From assembly GCA_963721305.1 (NCBI GenBank), contig CAVRIR010000002.1, positions 420,067 through 484,066 of the forward strand: DNA of 64,000 bases, read 5' to 3'. The notes below the pieces were generated by a model that saw only the letters and a program-made list of their open reading frames with translations, was not told the origin of the DNA and did not search any database. Position 1 is the stretch's first letter. Each line of letters begins with the position of its first letter. This document shows, one piece after another, positions 47,070 through 56,167 of this stretch. The stretch comes from an uncultured Acidimicrobiia bacterium. Lineage in GTDB: Bacteria > Actinomycetota > Acidimicrobiia > Acidimicrobiales > JACDCH01. Both the position numbers and the translations under genes were made by a program.

Positions 47070-49111
47070 GCGGGCGCCACCTCCTCCTGCTCCTCCGCGG
47101 CGTCCTCGGCCGCCGGCAGCTCGGCCTGCGCGCCATCGCCGTCGCCGTCACCGGCCTCGAGCTCGTGATGGCCGTCGCCGCCGTGATCCGCGTCGGGATC
47201 GACGGACGGCTCGAAGGCCAAGCCGTAGACCGCGAGGAGCAGCGCGAATCCACCCACGAACGCGAGCGCCAAGTTGAAGATGATGCCGTAGGCGATGACC
47301 GGCAGCGAGGCGGCCAGCACGATCGGCCAGTAGCTCGGCGACGGAAGGTGCACGCCCGTCGGATCACCAGCCTGGACGACGTCGTCCGTCGCGGCGATGC
47401 GCACCGGCCGGCCGGCCTCGTCCTCGCCGTACTTGCGGTGCCAGAACTCGTCGAGATGCGTCACGATCGGCACTTCGTCGAAGTTGTGCGATGGCGTCGG
47501 CGACTGGACCATCCACTCGAGACCTCGTGCGTCCCACGGGTCCGCGCCCACGACGATGTTGTTCTGCTTCGCCTTTCGCCGGCTGTACCAGATGTTGATC
47601 AGGAAGATCAGCACCGCCGTCGCGATCACGAATGCGCCGATCGTCTCGATCATGTTCCAGACGTCGTAGCCGTAGCCCTTCTGGTACGTGTACGTGCGGC
47701 GGGGCTGACCCTCGAGGCCGATGATGTGCATCGGCCCGAACGTGAGGTTCATCCCGATGAGGATCAACCAGAAGTGCCAGCTACCGAGCCGCTCGGACAA
47801 CTGGTACCCGAAGACCTTCGGCCACCAGAAGTACATGCCACCGAAGAAGCCGAGGATCGCGCCGCCGAAGATGACGTAGTGGAAGTGGGCGACGATGTAG
47901 TAGGTGTCCGTCTGCTGCAGGTCGGACGGTGACACCGCGTGCGTGACGCCCGACAGCCCGCCGATGGTGAACATGGCGACGAGCCCGATGGCGAACTTCA
48001 TCGGCGTCGGGAACGTCAACTTGCCGCCGTACATCGTCGCGATCCAGTTGAGGATCTTCACGCCCGTCGGCACGGCGATGAACATCGTGGTGACCGAGAA
48101 AGCGGCGACCGAGAACGGGCCGATACCGGAGGCGAACATGTGGTGCGCCCAGACGCCCCACCCCATGAAGCCGATCGCGATGCCCGAGAACACCATGAAC
48201 GGGTAGCCGAAGATCGGCTTGCGGGAGAACACCGGGATGATCTCGGAGACCACCCCGAAGGCGGGCAAGATGAGGATGTAGACCTCTGGGTGCCCGAATA
48301 TCCAGAACAGGTTTTGCCACAGCAGCGGGTCGGCGCCTTGTTGGACCTCGAAGAAGTTCGCTCCGAAGCGACGGTCGAACAGGAGCAGGAACAGCGCCAC
48401 CGTGATGACCGGCATGGCGAACACGATGAGCAGCTGCGTCACGAAGGCCATCCAGGTGAACACCGGCATCTTGAACAACGACATGCCGGGCGCACGCAGG
48501 TTGATGACCGTGACGACCAGGTTGATCGCGCCGACTGTCGAGGCGATACCGGTGATCAGCAGGCCGAGGGCGTAGAAGTCCATGCCGTGCGTCGGCGAGA
48601 AGATCGGGTTCGTGTTCGGTGCGTACGCGAACCAGCCACCGTCCGGGGCACCGCCGAGGAACCACGACGAGTTCAGGAAGAGTCCACCGAACAGGAAGGC
48701 CCAGAAGCTGAATGCGTTCAGCCGCGGGAAGGCCACATCGCGCGCGCCGACCTGCAACGGCATGATGTAGTTCATCAGCGATGCACCGAGCGGCATCACG
48801 ACGAGGAAGATCATCGTGATGCCGTGCATGGTGAACACCTGGTTGTACTGCGCGGCGTTGAGCACCGTGCCGTTCGCGTGCGCGAGCTGAAGGCGGATCA
48901 GCAACGCCTCGATGCCGCCGATGAGGAAGAAGAAGATGGCGGCCGCGCCGTACATGACGCCGATGCGCTTGTGGTCGACGGACGTGACCCAGCCGCGCCA
49001 TCCCTTGGACTGTCCTGGACGCGCGAAGACGCCCAGCGCGGGACGCGTGGAGCCGGTGTCGCCGCTCGGTAGGGCGAGCGGGCCCGTTTGGGGAGCTTCG
49101 ATGATTGCCAT
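47066..49111 (-). CDS. ctaD: Cytochrome c oxidase subunit I (A1 type)
   Basis: TMHG, GHPEVY, WAHH, AHFH, PRR; extra C-terminal SYWP helices. Confidence 0.98.
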   Translation of the reverse strand: MAIIEAPQTGPLALPSGDTGSTRPALGVFARPGQSKGWRGWVTSVDHKRIGVMYGAAAIFFFLIGGIEALLIRLQLAHANGTVLNAAQYNQVFTMHGITMIFLVVMPLGASLMNYIMPLQVGARDVAFPRLNAFSFWAFLFGGLFLNSSWFLGGAPDGGWFAYAPNTNPIFSPTHGMDFYALGLLITGIASTVGAINLVVTVINLRAPGMSLFKMPVFTWMAFVTQLLIVFAMPVITVALFLLLFDRRFGANFFEVQQGADPLLWQNLFWIFGHPEVYILILPAFGVVSEIIPVFSRKPIFGYPFMVFSGIAIGFMGWGVWAHHMFASGIGPFSVAAFSVTTMFIAVPTGVKILNWIATMYGGKLTFPTPMKFAIGLVAMFTIGGLSGVTHAVSPSDLQQTDTYYIVAHFHYVIFGGAILGFFGGMYFWWPKVFGYQLSERLGSWHFWLILIGMNLTFGPMHIIGLEGQPRRTYTYQKGYGYDVWNMIETIGAFVIATAVLIFLINIWYSRRKAKQNNIVVGADPWDARGLEWMVQSPTPSHNFDEVPIVTHLDEFWHRKYGEDEAGRPVRIAATDDVVQAGDPTGVHLPSPSYWPIVLAASLPVIAYGIIFNLALAFVGGFALLLAVYGLAFEPSVDPDADHGGDGHHELEAGDGDGDGAQAELPAAEDAAEEQEEVAPA

Positions 49112-49118
49112 CACAACC

Positions 49119-50231
49119 TCATGGCGAAGACGGTGGAGTGACGCCGGCGGGGTACGGGCCGAGCGTCTCGAGATAGGCGACGAGCTGGTCGATGTCGTTC
49201 TCACTCAATTGCAGGTTCGGCATCCCGCGGCCTCCCGCGGGCGCCATCGGAAGTAAGCCGGGTGGATCGCGCAGCCACGCTTCGAGCTGGTTGCGGTTGA
49301 AGACGATGTTGCCGTTCGCGTCCTTGACGTAGAGCGGGAAATTCCCACTCGCGAACACGGACCGGCTCATCAAGTGAGTGAGGTTCGGCGCCACCTTCGA
49401 CACCAGAGGTGCCTCTGCGACCTCGTTGACGCCATTGATCTGGTGACAAGCGGCGCACTTCGCCTGGAAGGTGGTGAGTCCAGCGGCTGCCTGCGAGCCG
49501 GCGGGCGGTGTCGCTGCGTTCTGTTCTTGCTGGCTCACCCATGTGTTGAAGTCGTCCTGGGTCATCACGACGGCCCGTGCGCGCATGTTGGCGTGCGACA
49601 GGCCGCAGAACTCCTTGCACTGCCCGTCGAAGACGCCGGTTTGATCCGCGGTGACCTCGAGCGTCTGAATGCGTCCCGGCACGGCGTCGCGGGTGCCGTT
49701 CAGCGCGGGGATCCAGAAGCTGTGGATCACGTCGCGCGACTGGACCTCGAGCTCGACGGGCTTGCCGACGGGGATCACCAACTCGTTGGCGGTGATGATC
49801 TCCGGCTTGCCGTCGCCGTTGAAGTCGTATTGGTAGGCCCACCACCACTGCTGGCCGAACACCTCGATCTTCATCGCGTTCGCCGGCCTGCGGCTGATCT
49901 GCACCACGGTCACGACGGTGAAGAACGCGACGACGGCGAGGATGAGGAACGGCACGACCGTCCAACCGATCTCGATCCGAGTGTTGCCGTGGATCTGCTT
50001 CGGCTCGTCTTCATCGGATCGACGGCGACGCCCCGTGATCATCACGAACAGCAACATCGCGGCGACGATGACGCCGACGACGCCGGCGGCGATGAACACC
50101 GGCACCTGCAGCCGGTTGATCTTCTCGGCGTTGGTTCCCTTGGGATTGAAGATCGTTTGCGGGGTCGAGCACGACGCGAGCACGAGCATCACGACGGCGG
50201 CGACAGCGAGACGACGGGCGGCGCGCATCAA
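49119..50231 (-). CDS. ctaC: Cytochrome c oxidase subunit II with fused cytochrome c (caa3 type)
   Basis: DVIHSFW, CuA motif CKEFCGLSHANM, CAACH heme c motif, lipobox LASC. Confidence 0.96.
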   Translation of the reverse strand: MMRAARRLAVAAVVMLVLASCSTPQTIFNPKGTNAEKINRLQVPVFIAAGVVGVIVAAMLLFVMITGRRRRSDEDEPKQIHGNTRIEIGWTVVPFLILAVVAFFTVVTVVQISRRPANAMKIEVFGQQWWWAYQYDFNGDGKPEIITANELVIPVGKPVELEVQSRDVIHSFWIPALNGTRDAVPGRIQTLEVTADQTGVFDGQCKEFCGLSHANMRARAVVMTQDDFNTWVSQQEQNAATPPAGSQAAAGLTTFQAKCAACHQINGVNEVAEAPLVSKVAPNLTHLMSRSVFASGNFPLYVKDANGNIVFNRNQLEAWLRDPPGLLPMAPAGGRGMPNLQLSENDIDQLVAYLETLGPYPAGVTPPSSP

Positions 50232-51053
50232 CTACTCCGGAAGGGAAGTCGGCGTGGGCTGGTTGCGATCGGCGGGCGCGAACGGGTTCTCGTTGTGCTC
50301 CTTGTCGTAGTTCCGTGAGCCTTGCGCGGCCGAGATGATTCCGCCCGTGATCACGCCCAAGGCGATGACGATGCACACGACCGCGGTGACCGTTCGCACG
50401 GCACGCGGTGCGAGCGCGAGCACGGTGGCAACTGCGAGCACCAGCACGGCGAAGCCGAGGGCGACCGCGGCGGAAGCGTGGTCGCTCACTGCGAGCAACA
50501 CGCGCGAGATGCAGAAGATCATGGCGACGACGCCGATGGCCCCGAACACCGGGATCTCGACCGGGTTCATCAGGCGGTTGCGGATTCGCCGGTTGGCCAC
50601 CGGATCACCGGTGGCGCGATCGGACCATGCCGACACCATCCACTCGAGCAGCACGACGATGCCGACCAGGATCCCGAAGACGAAGAGTTGTGCGCTCACC
50701 ACGAGACCGACCGCACAACACCCGGCGGCGACAGCCCCGAGCACGGGCCAGTAGCTGTTCGTGCGGGGTTCGCGGACCTCGGGCAACGTGTCGAGGCCGA
50801 TGAACGACTGCACCGCGTCGGCGTCGGCGTCGCGGAACGCGACCGCCAGACCGCCGAGGAAGGCGGCGGACGCGGCCGCGCTGAGCAGGACGATGTACCC
50901 GGCATGATCGCCGACGCCGCCGTAGAGGCCGAACGTGATCACGCCACTCAGTCCGCCGTGGTTGCCCCACGCGAAGATGGCGGCACCGAAGAGGGCGAGC
51001 GCGGCGAGACCGAAGAAGAACTTTGCGCCCGTCGTGACCATGGTCGTCTTCAT
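50232..51053 (-). CDS. Membrane protein with an SYWP two-helix module (CtaF-like accessory subunit candidate)
   Basis: About 7 TM; NSYWPVLGA..VLLEW; ATGA coupled to the upstream gene. Confidence 0.7.
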   Translation of the reverse strand: MKTTMVTTGAKFFFGLAALALFGAAIFAWGNHGGLSGVITFGLYGGVGDHAGYIVLLSAAASAAFLGGLAVAFRDADADAVQSFIGLDTLPEVREPRTNSYWPVLGAVAAGCCAVGLVVSAQLFVFGILVGIVVLLEWMVSAWSDRATGDPVANRRIRNRLMNPVEIPVFGAIGVVAMIFCISRVLLAVSDHASAAVALGFAVLVLAVATVLALAPRAVRTVTAVVCIVIALGVITGGIISAAQGSRNYDKEHNENPFAPADRNQPTPTSLPE

Positions 51054-51655
51054 TTGGTGACGAAGATCGTGAACCAGATCGCCGCGAAGACAGCCACGGT
51101 GACGTACCAATAGAACGCAGCAGCGAGGACTCCCTCACGATCGCGGCCGGAGTACTCGCCGCCGAGCGCGCGGAACGCCATCAGTCCGAGGAAGATCATG
51201 CCGGCACCCGCCATCGCGAGATGCATGCCCGTGATGGTGAAGATCAGCAGGCCGACGCGGTCGTGCACCGTGATGCCCATCTGCGTGTAGTTGAAGGCCA
51301 TGCCGTTGATGTAGGCGGCGCCGAGGAGAATTGTGAGCCCGAGCGCGAGATAGGCGCGCGGTCGGTCGTTGGTCGCGATCGAATACACCGCCCACTGGAC
51401 GATGACGACGGAGATCACGAGACCGACCATCGCGACGTTGCCCGGTGTGAGATCGATCGTCACACCCTTCGGCAGCCACGGTTGGTTCGACTCGAGCACC
51501 TGGGCTCGCAGCCCGACGTAGATGCCGATCACACCGGCGAACGCCATCACGATCGCCGCCAGCGCGAAACCCGTGCCGAACAGCAACACGCGCGGCCGTT
51601 GCGGGGGCGCCGGCGGCGGCGTGCCGATCGAGTCGTCGGCCAGGACGAGCGTCAT
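51050..51655 (-). CDS. Divergent cytochrome c oxidase subunit III paralog
   Basis: ITGMH, AFYWY; conserved Glu/His/Asp positions replaced. Confidence 0.8.
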   Translation of the reverse strand: MTLVLADDSIGTPPPAPPQRPRVLLFGTGFALAAIVMAFAGVIGIYVGLRAQVLESNQPWLPKGVTIDLTPGNVAMVGLVISVVIVQWAVYSIATNDRPRAYLALGLTILLGAAYINGMAFNYTQMGITVHDRVGLLIFTITGMHLAMAGAGMIFLGLMAFRALGGEYSGRDREGVLAAAFYWYVTVAVFAAIWFTIFVTK

Positions 51656-53247
51656 GCCCCGCTCCCTTCGGACGCTTCCTTGGCGTCGAGCACCGGCGTC
51701 GGCGACCCGACCACGACGGCGACCGGATCGGCGGCCCACTCGAGGGTCTGGCCGTCCCACGGATCGACGGGAACGTCGTCGGACTGCGAAGCCAGCGACA
51801 TCGCGAGGTTGACGATGAAGATCACGACTGCGAGCGCCACGACCGCACCGCCGACGAACGACACGACGTTGAGCGCTTGGACACCGTCGCGCACTTGGCC
51901 CAGCGAGCCGCGGGGCTCGTCGAGCAGACCCGAGATGAGATCGGGAAGCGCGAGGGCGAACACGCCGAGAAGAAGCAACAGCGCGGTGACTCGCCCGAGA
52001 CCTTCACGCATCGGCCTGCTGAGCACCTGCGGCCACCAGTAATGGATGCCGCCGACGGCCGCGATGGCGACAGCACCGAGTGAGTAGTGCGCGATGGAGG
52101 CGTCCGCGACCGTGCCGACGAGGTCGAGCGAATGGATCGCGCGGATCGCCGACACGATCACGCCCGCGAACAGCATCAACACGGCCGCGATGCCGAACAG
52201 CAGTGGGCTGCCGAGCTTCGGCCGTCCGTGCCTGAGCGTGTCGGCGACGTAGCCGAAGAAGACGAGCAGCGGCAGTACGAGCAGGAATGCAGACGTCACG
52301 AACAGGAACTGGCGCTCGACCTGCTGGTTGTCGACCGCGGCCAGGTACGTCCAGGCGCCGAAGGACAGCGCCGCGAACGCGCCGATGGCGGCCATGGCGA
52401 CCCCACCTCGGCGGGCCCGGATCCGGCTGAACACGGGCACGACGTCACCGGCGAAGCCGAGGACCGGCACCGCCCACGCGAACACCTGCGGTGGCGTCAT
52501 CGTCCATCGCAGCCACCGATCGATGTCCGTGCTCGCGCCGAACGCGAACAGGCGGTACCGATGGTCGAGGTACAGCAGGACCAGGATCCCGAAGAAGAGG
52601 CCGAGGCTGGCGATCCAGATCGTCGCACCCACGAGCACCGACCAAGCGAACATCGGGACGCGAGCGAGGCTGAGCCCTGTCGTCCGCAAGCCCATCACGG
52701 TGGTCGCGAGGCACACCGATGCGAGCACCAGCGCGACGACCACCATGCCGAGCGAGACCAGGAACAGGTCGACGCCCTTCTGGTTGCCGCCGAACGGTCC
52801 GCCGTTGATCAGGTAGCTGACGACGACCATGCCGCCACCGATCAGGTACACCCAGAAGGCCGCGGCCGCCGCGCGCGGGAACGCGATCGACTCGGCGCCG
52901 ACCTGCGCCGGCACGACACAGGTGGCGAGCCCGATGAGGATCGGGATGGCGAACAGGAACAGCGCGCCGACGCCGTGCAACGACAGCGTCTGCGCGTAGT
53001 TGTCCTGGTTGAGGATGTTGTAGGTGTCGGTCTGGAAGCGCTCGGCGCCGAGCACGCCTCCGAGCACACCGGTCAGCACCAGGAACACGACCGACGTACC
53101 GATCCACAGGCGCCCGATGACGGCGTACCGGCCCGTGCCGAGGAGCCCGGCGAGGCCGCCCGCGGGGACGGCGTCGTCGGTTGGGCGGTCGTCTACCGCC
53201 GCGGCAGGTTCGGGCGTGGCCTCGGGCCGAGTCTCGGTCATCGCCAT
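51652..53247 (-). CDS. Divergent heme-copper oxidase subunit I paralog lacking the binuclear-centre ligands
   Basis: QVGAESIAFPR, VPVFSR, YWWP, DPWDGQTLEW collinear with CtaD. Confidence 0.88.
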   Translation of the reverse strand: MAMTETRPEATPEPAAAVDDRPTDDAVPAGGLAGLLGTGRYAVIGRLWIGTSVVFLVLTGVLGGVLGAERFQTDTYNILNQDNYAQTLSLHGVGALFLFAIPILIGLATCVVPAQVGAESIAFPRAAAAAFWVYLIGGGMVVVSYLINGGPFGGNQKGVDLFLVSLGMVVVALVLASVCLATTVMGLRTTGLSLARVPMFAWSVLVGATIWIASLGLFFGILVLLYLDHRYRLFAFGASTDIDRWLRWTMTPPQVFAWAVPVLGFAGDVVPVFSRIRARRGGVAMAAIGAFAALSFGAWTYLAAVDNQQVERQFLFVTSAFLLVLPLLVFFGYVADTLRHGRPKLGSPLLFGIAAVLMLFAGVIVSAIRAIHSLDLVGTVADASIAHYSLGAVAIAAVGGIHYWWPQVLSRPMREGLGRVTALLLLLGVFALALPDLISGLLDEPRGSLGQVRDGVQALNVVSFVGGAVVALAVVIFIVNLAMSLASQSDDVPVDPWDGQTLEWAADPVAVVVGSPTPVLDAKEASEGSGA

Positions 53248-53335
53248 GGCTGGGTCCGGACTCTATTCATGCCCGTCACGCGGTTGGAAAACCCGGCGCC
53301 CCCAGAGGCGTGCAGCAACAGCGCGCACCTATCGC

Positions 53336-54232
53336 TCAGAGCCCCGAACGCAGCAACTGGTCGACGGCGATCGCGCCGAAGAGCAAGGTCACGTACGTGA
53401 TCGACCACGAGAACAGCCGCATCGCGTCCTTGGGTGTGCACCGGCGCAAGAGCTGCACGGCGAACCCCGTGAACACGGCGCCGAGGACGATCGCCGAACC
53501 CGTGTAGAGGTCACCCATCCCCGCCACCGGACCGAACAACAGGGTGAGCGCCCAGAGGAGCAGCGTGTAGAGCAGGATCCGTACCGCCGTCGTCCGCGCG
53601 CTCGCGACCACGGGGAGCATCGGCACCTCAGCGGCCGCGTAGTCGTCGCGGTAGCGGATGGCGAGCGCCCAGAAGTGCGGTGGCGTCCAGTAGAAGATCA
53701 CTGCGAACAGCACGATCGGCGCCCATGCGAGCCGGTCGGTCACCGCGGTCCATCCGATGAGCACCGGTACGGCGCCGGCCGCGCCGCCGATCACGATGTT
53801 GTGCGTTGACGTCCGCTTCAACCAGATGGTGTAGACGAAGACGTAGAAGAGCGTGGCGCTGACGGCCAGCACTGCGGAGAGCAGGTTGACCGTCGACCAG
53901 AGGAAGGCGAAGGCCACGACCTCGAGCGCGATCGCGAAGATCAGCGCGTTGCGGGGCTTGATCTGTCCGGTGACGAGCGGTCGGCTCTTGGTCCGCTTCA
54001 TCAGGCGGTCGATGTCGCGATCGACGTACATGTTGATCGCGTTGGCACCACCGGCCGCGAGCGTGCCGCCGAACACCGTTGCGACCATCAGCCAGATCGA
54101 GGGAAGTCCCTGAGCCGCCACGATCATCGTCGGCACCGTTGTGACCAGTAGCAGCTCGATGATCCGAGGCTTGGTGAGCGCAACATACGCACCAAGGCGC
54201 GAACGAACAGGAAGTCGGACCGACTGGTGCAT
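53336..54232 (-). CDS. ctaB: Heme o synthase (protoheme IX farnesyltransferase)
   Basis: LTKPRIIELLL, DRDIDRLMKRTKSRP, WTPPHFWAL. Confidence 0.96.
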   Translation of the reverse strand: MHQSVRLPVRSRLGAYVALTKPRIIELLLVTTVPTMIVAAQGLPSIWLMVATVFGGTLAAGGANAINMYVDRDIDRLMKRTKSRPLVTGQIKPRNALIFAIALEVVAFAFLWSTVNLLSAVLAVSATLFYVFVYTIWLKRTSTHNIVIGGAAGAVPVLIGWTAVTDRLAWAPIVLFAVIFYWTPPHFWALAIRYRDDYAAAEVPMLPVVASARTTAVRILLYTLLLWALTLLFGPVAGMGDLYTGSAIVLGAVFTGFAVQLLRRCTPKDAMRLFSWSITYVTLLFGAIAVDQLLRSGL

Positions 54233-54422
54233 GTGAACAAACACACTATGTCCGCGCGCACCCCTGCGGCCAAGCCACCGGTGCACCAAATTCGGGCGTC
54301 GGCGAGCAACCGAGAACGAGGTCGGTTCGACCAGTTTCGAGGTGAACGCGGAGTTTCTGCGCGAGGGGCGTGCCGGCAGCGCGTCTGACCGCGAGCAGTC
54401 GTGGGCCGTAGCCTCGCGAGAA

Positions 54423-55368
54423 GTGCCGTCCGTCCCGCTGTCCGCAGCTCAGACCGGAGACCTACCGCCGAATCACCTTGTTCGCCCTGGTCGCGTTGGG
54501 ACTGATCGTGGTGACCGGGGGTGCAGTTCGCTTGACCGGCTCGGGACTGGGCTGTCCGGAATGGCCGAACTGCGACACCGGGCACCTGAGCCCACATGGC
54601 CAGACCGGCTACCACGGCGCGGTCGAGTTCCTGAACCGGCTCTTCACCGGCGCGGTCTCGTTCGCCGTGATCATCGCCGTACTGGGGTCGTTCTGGCGGG
54701 TGCCGCGGCGACGCGACCTCATGTGGCTGTCGTTCGGGCTCGTGCTCGGTGTCCTCGCGCAGATCGTGCTGGGCGGCCTCACCGTGCTCTACGCACTGAC
54801 ACCGCCATGGGTGATGGCCCACTTCCTCCTGTCGATGGTGCTGCTCGCTGACGCAGTCGTCCTCAACGTCCGCGCCGGTCGTGCCGACGGTCCTGTCCAC
54901 CCGGTGGTGACGCGCTCGGTGCGGGTCATGAGTTGGATCGTCACCGCGTGCACGGCCGCGGTGCTCGTCACCGGAACCATCGTGACGGGCGCGGGCCCGC
55001 ACGGCGGTGACGAGAACGTCAAGCGGCTCGGCCTGTCTGTCACCACGGCGGCGCGCATCCACGGCATCACCGAGAACGTGTTGCTCGTCACGGTGCTCGT
55101 GACGCTCGCGCTGATCGTGCGCACCGCGGCACCTGCTGTCGTGCGACGCGACGCGAACGTCCTCCTCGTCGTCCTGATCGCGCAGGCCGGGGTCGGTTAC
55201 GCGCAGTACTTCAACGGCGTGCCAGTGGTGCTGGTGGGAATCCACATCTTCGGTGCCGTGTGCGTCTGGGTCGCGGCCCTCCGGCTCGCTCTCGGCATGC
55301 AACAGCCCGCAGCCGTGGTAACTACACGAACAGTGATGGCGCGCGAGTCCGTGCTGGCGGCGAGCTGA
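54423..55368 (+). CDS. ctaA: Heme A synthase (COX15/CtaA); start uncertain, probable frameshift near 54440
   Basis: [35 protein letters not shown]. Confidence 0.9.
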
Positions 55369-55706
55369 TGCCGGCTGCTGCGCCGGCGACGATGTTGCCG
55401 GCGCCGACGTGGACGTCGACCGTCAGTCCGGTCGAGGTCGAGAAGCCCATCAGCGACACCGAGGTCCGCGCCGATCGTCCATGGGTCGTGATCGTGTGGA
55501 ACGACCCGATCAACCTGATGGACTATGTGACGTTCGTGTTCCAGAAGCTGTTCGGCTACAGCCTCGAGAAAGCAACCAAGCTCATGCTCGACGTCCACCA
55601 ACGAGGGCGCGCCGTGGTGTCGAGCGGTACCCGCGAGAAGGCAGAGCTCGACGTCTTCCGTCTCCACGAACACGGGTTGTGGGCGACGATGCAGCACGAC
55701 GAATGA
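55368..55706 (+). CDS. clpS: ATP-dependent Clp protease adaptor ClpS (start uncertain)
   Basis: [23 protein letters not shown]. Confidence 0.93.
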   Translation: MPAAAPATMLPAPTWTSTVSPVEVEKPISDTEVRADRPWVVIVWNDPINLMDYVTFVFQKLFGYSLEKATKLMLDVHQRGRAVVSSGTREKAELDVFRLHEHGLWATMQHDE

Positions 55707-56161
55707 GACGCACCGTTCGGCGGGCGCGCGACGGCTCGTTCCAGTTGCGGATGACCGATGACGAGCGCGACCTCGTCGTCAACCTCGCGGGCCAGCTCCG
55801 CGAGCTGCTGGTGAGCGATGAGACGGATGGACTCGAACGCCTGTATCCGCCTGCCTACGCGAACGATCCCGAGCGCGACTCCGAGTACCACTCGATGGTG
55901 CACGACGACCTGCTCGAGAAGCGGCTCGCGTCGGTCGACATCGTCGAGCAAACCGCCGCCGCGACGTCGTTGACAGAAGACGAGATGACTGCGTGGATGG
56001 GCGCAGTCAACGACCTCCGCCTGGTGTTGGGCACCCGACTCGACGTGTCAGAGGACCAGGATCTTCCTGCGATCGACGATCCCGGCGCGCCCGCGTTCGC
56101 CGTCTACCAGTACCTCACCTATCTCCTCGGTGAGATCGTGCACGCTTTGTCGCGCGGCTGA
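55703..56161 (+). CDS. DUF2017 family protein
   Basis: [23 protein letters not shown]; usual clpS partner. Confidence 0.88.
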   Translation: MRRTVRRARDGSFQLRMTDDERDLVVNLAGQLRELLVSDETDGLERLYPPAYANDPERDSEYHSMVHDDLLEKRLASVDIVEQTAAATSLTEDEMTAWMGAVNDLRLVLGTRLDVSEDQDLPAIDDPGAPAFAVYQYLTYLLGEIVHALSRG

Positions 56162-56167
56162 CCGCTC

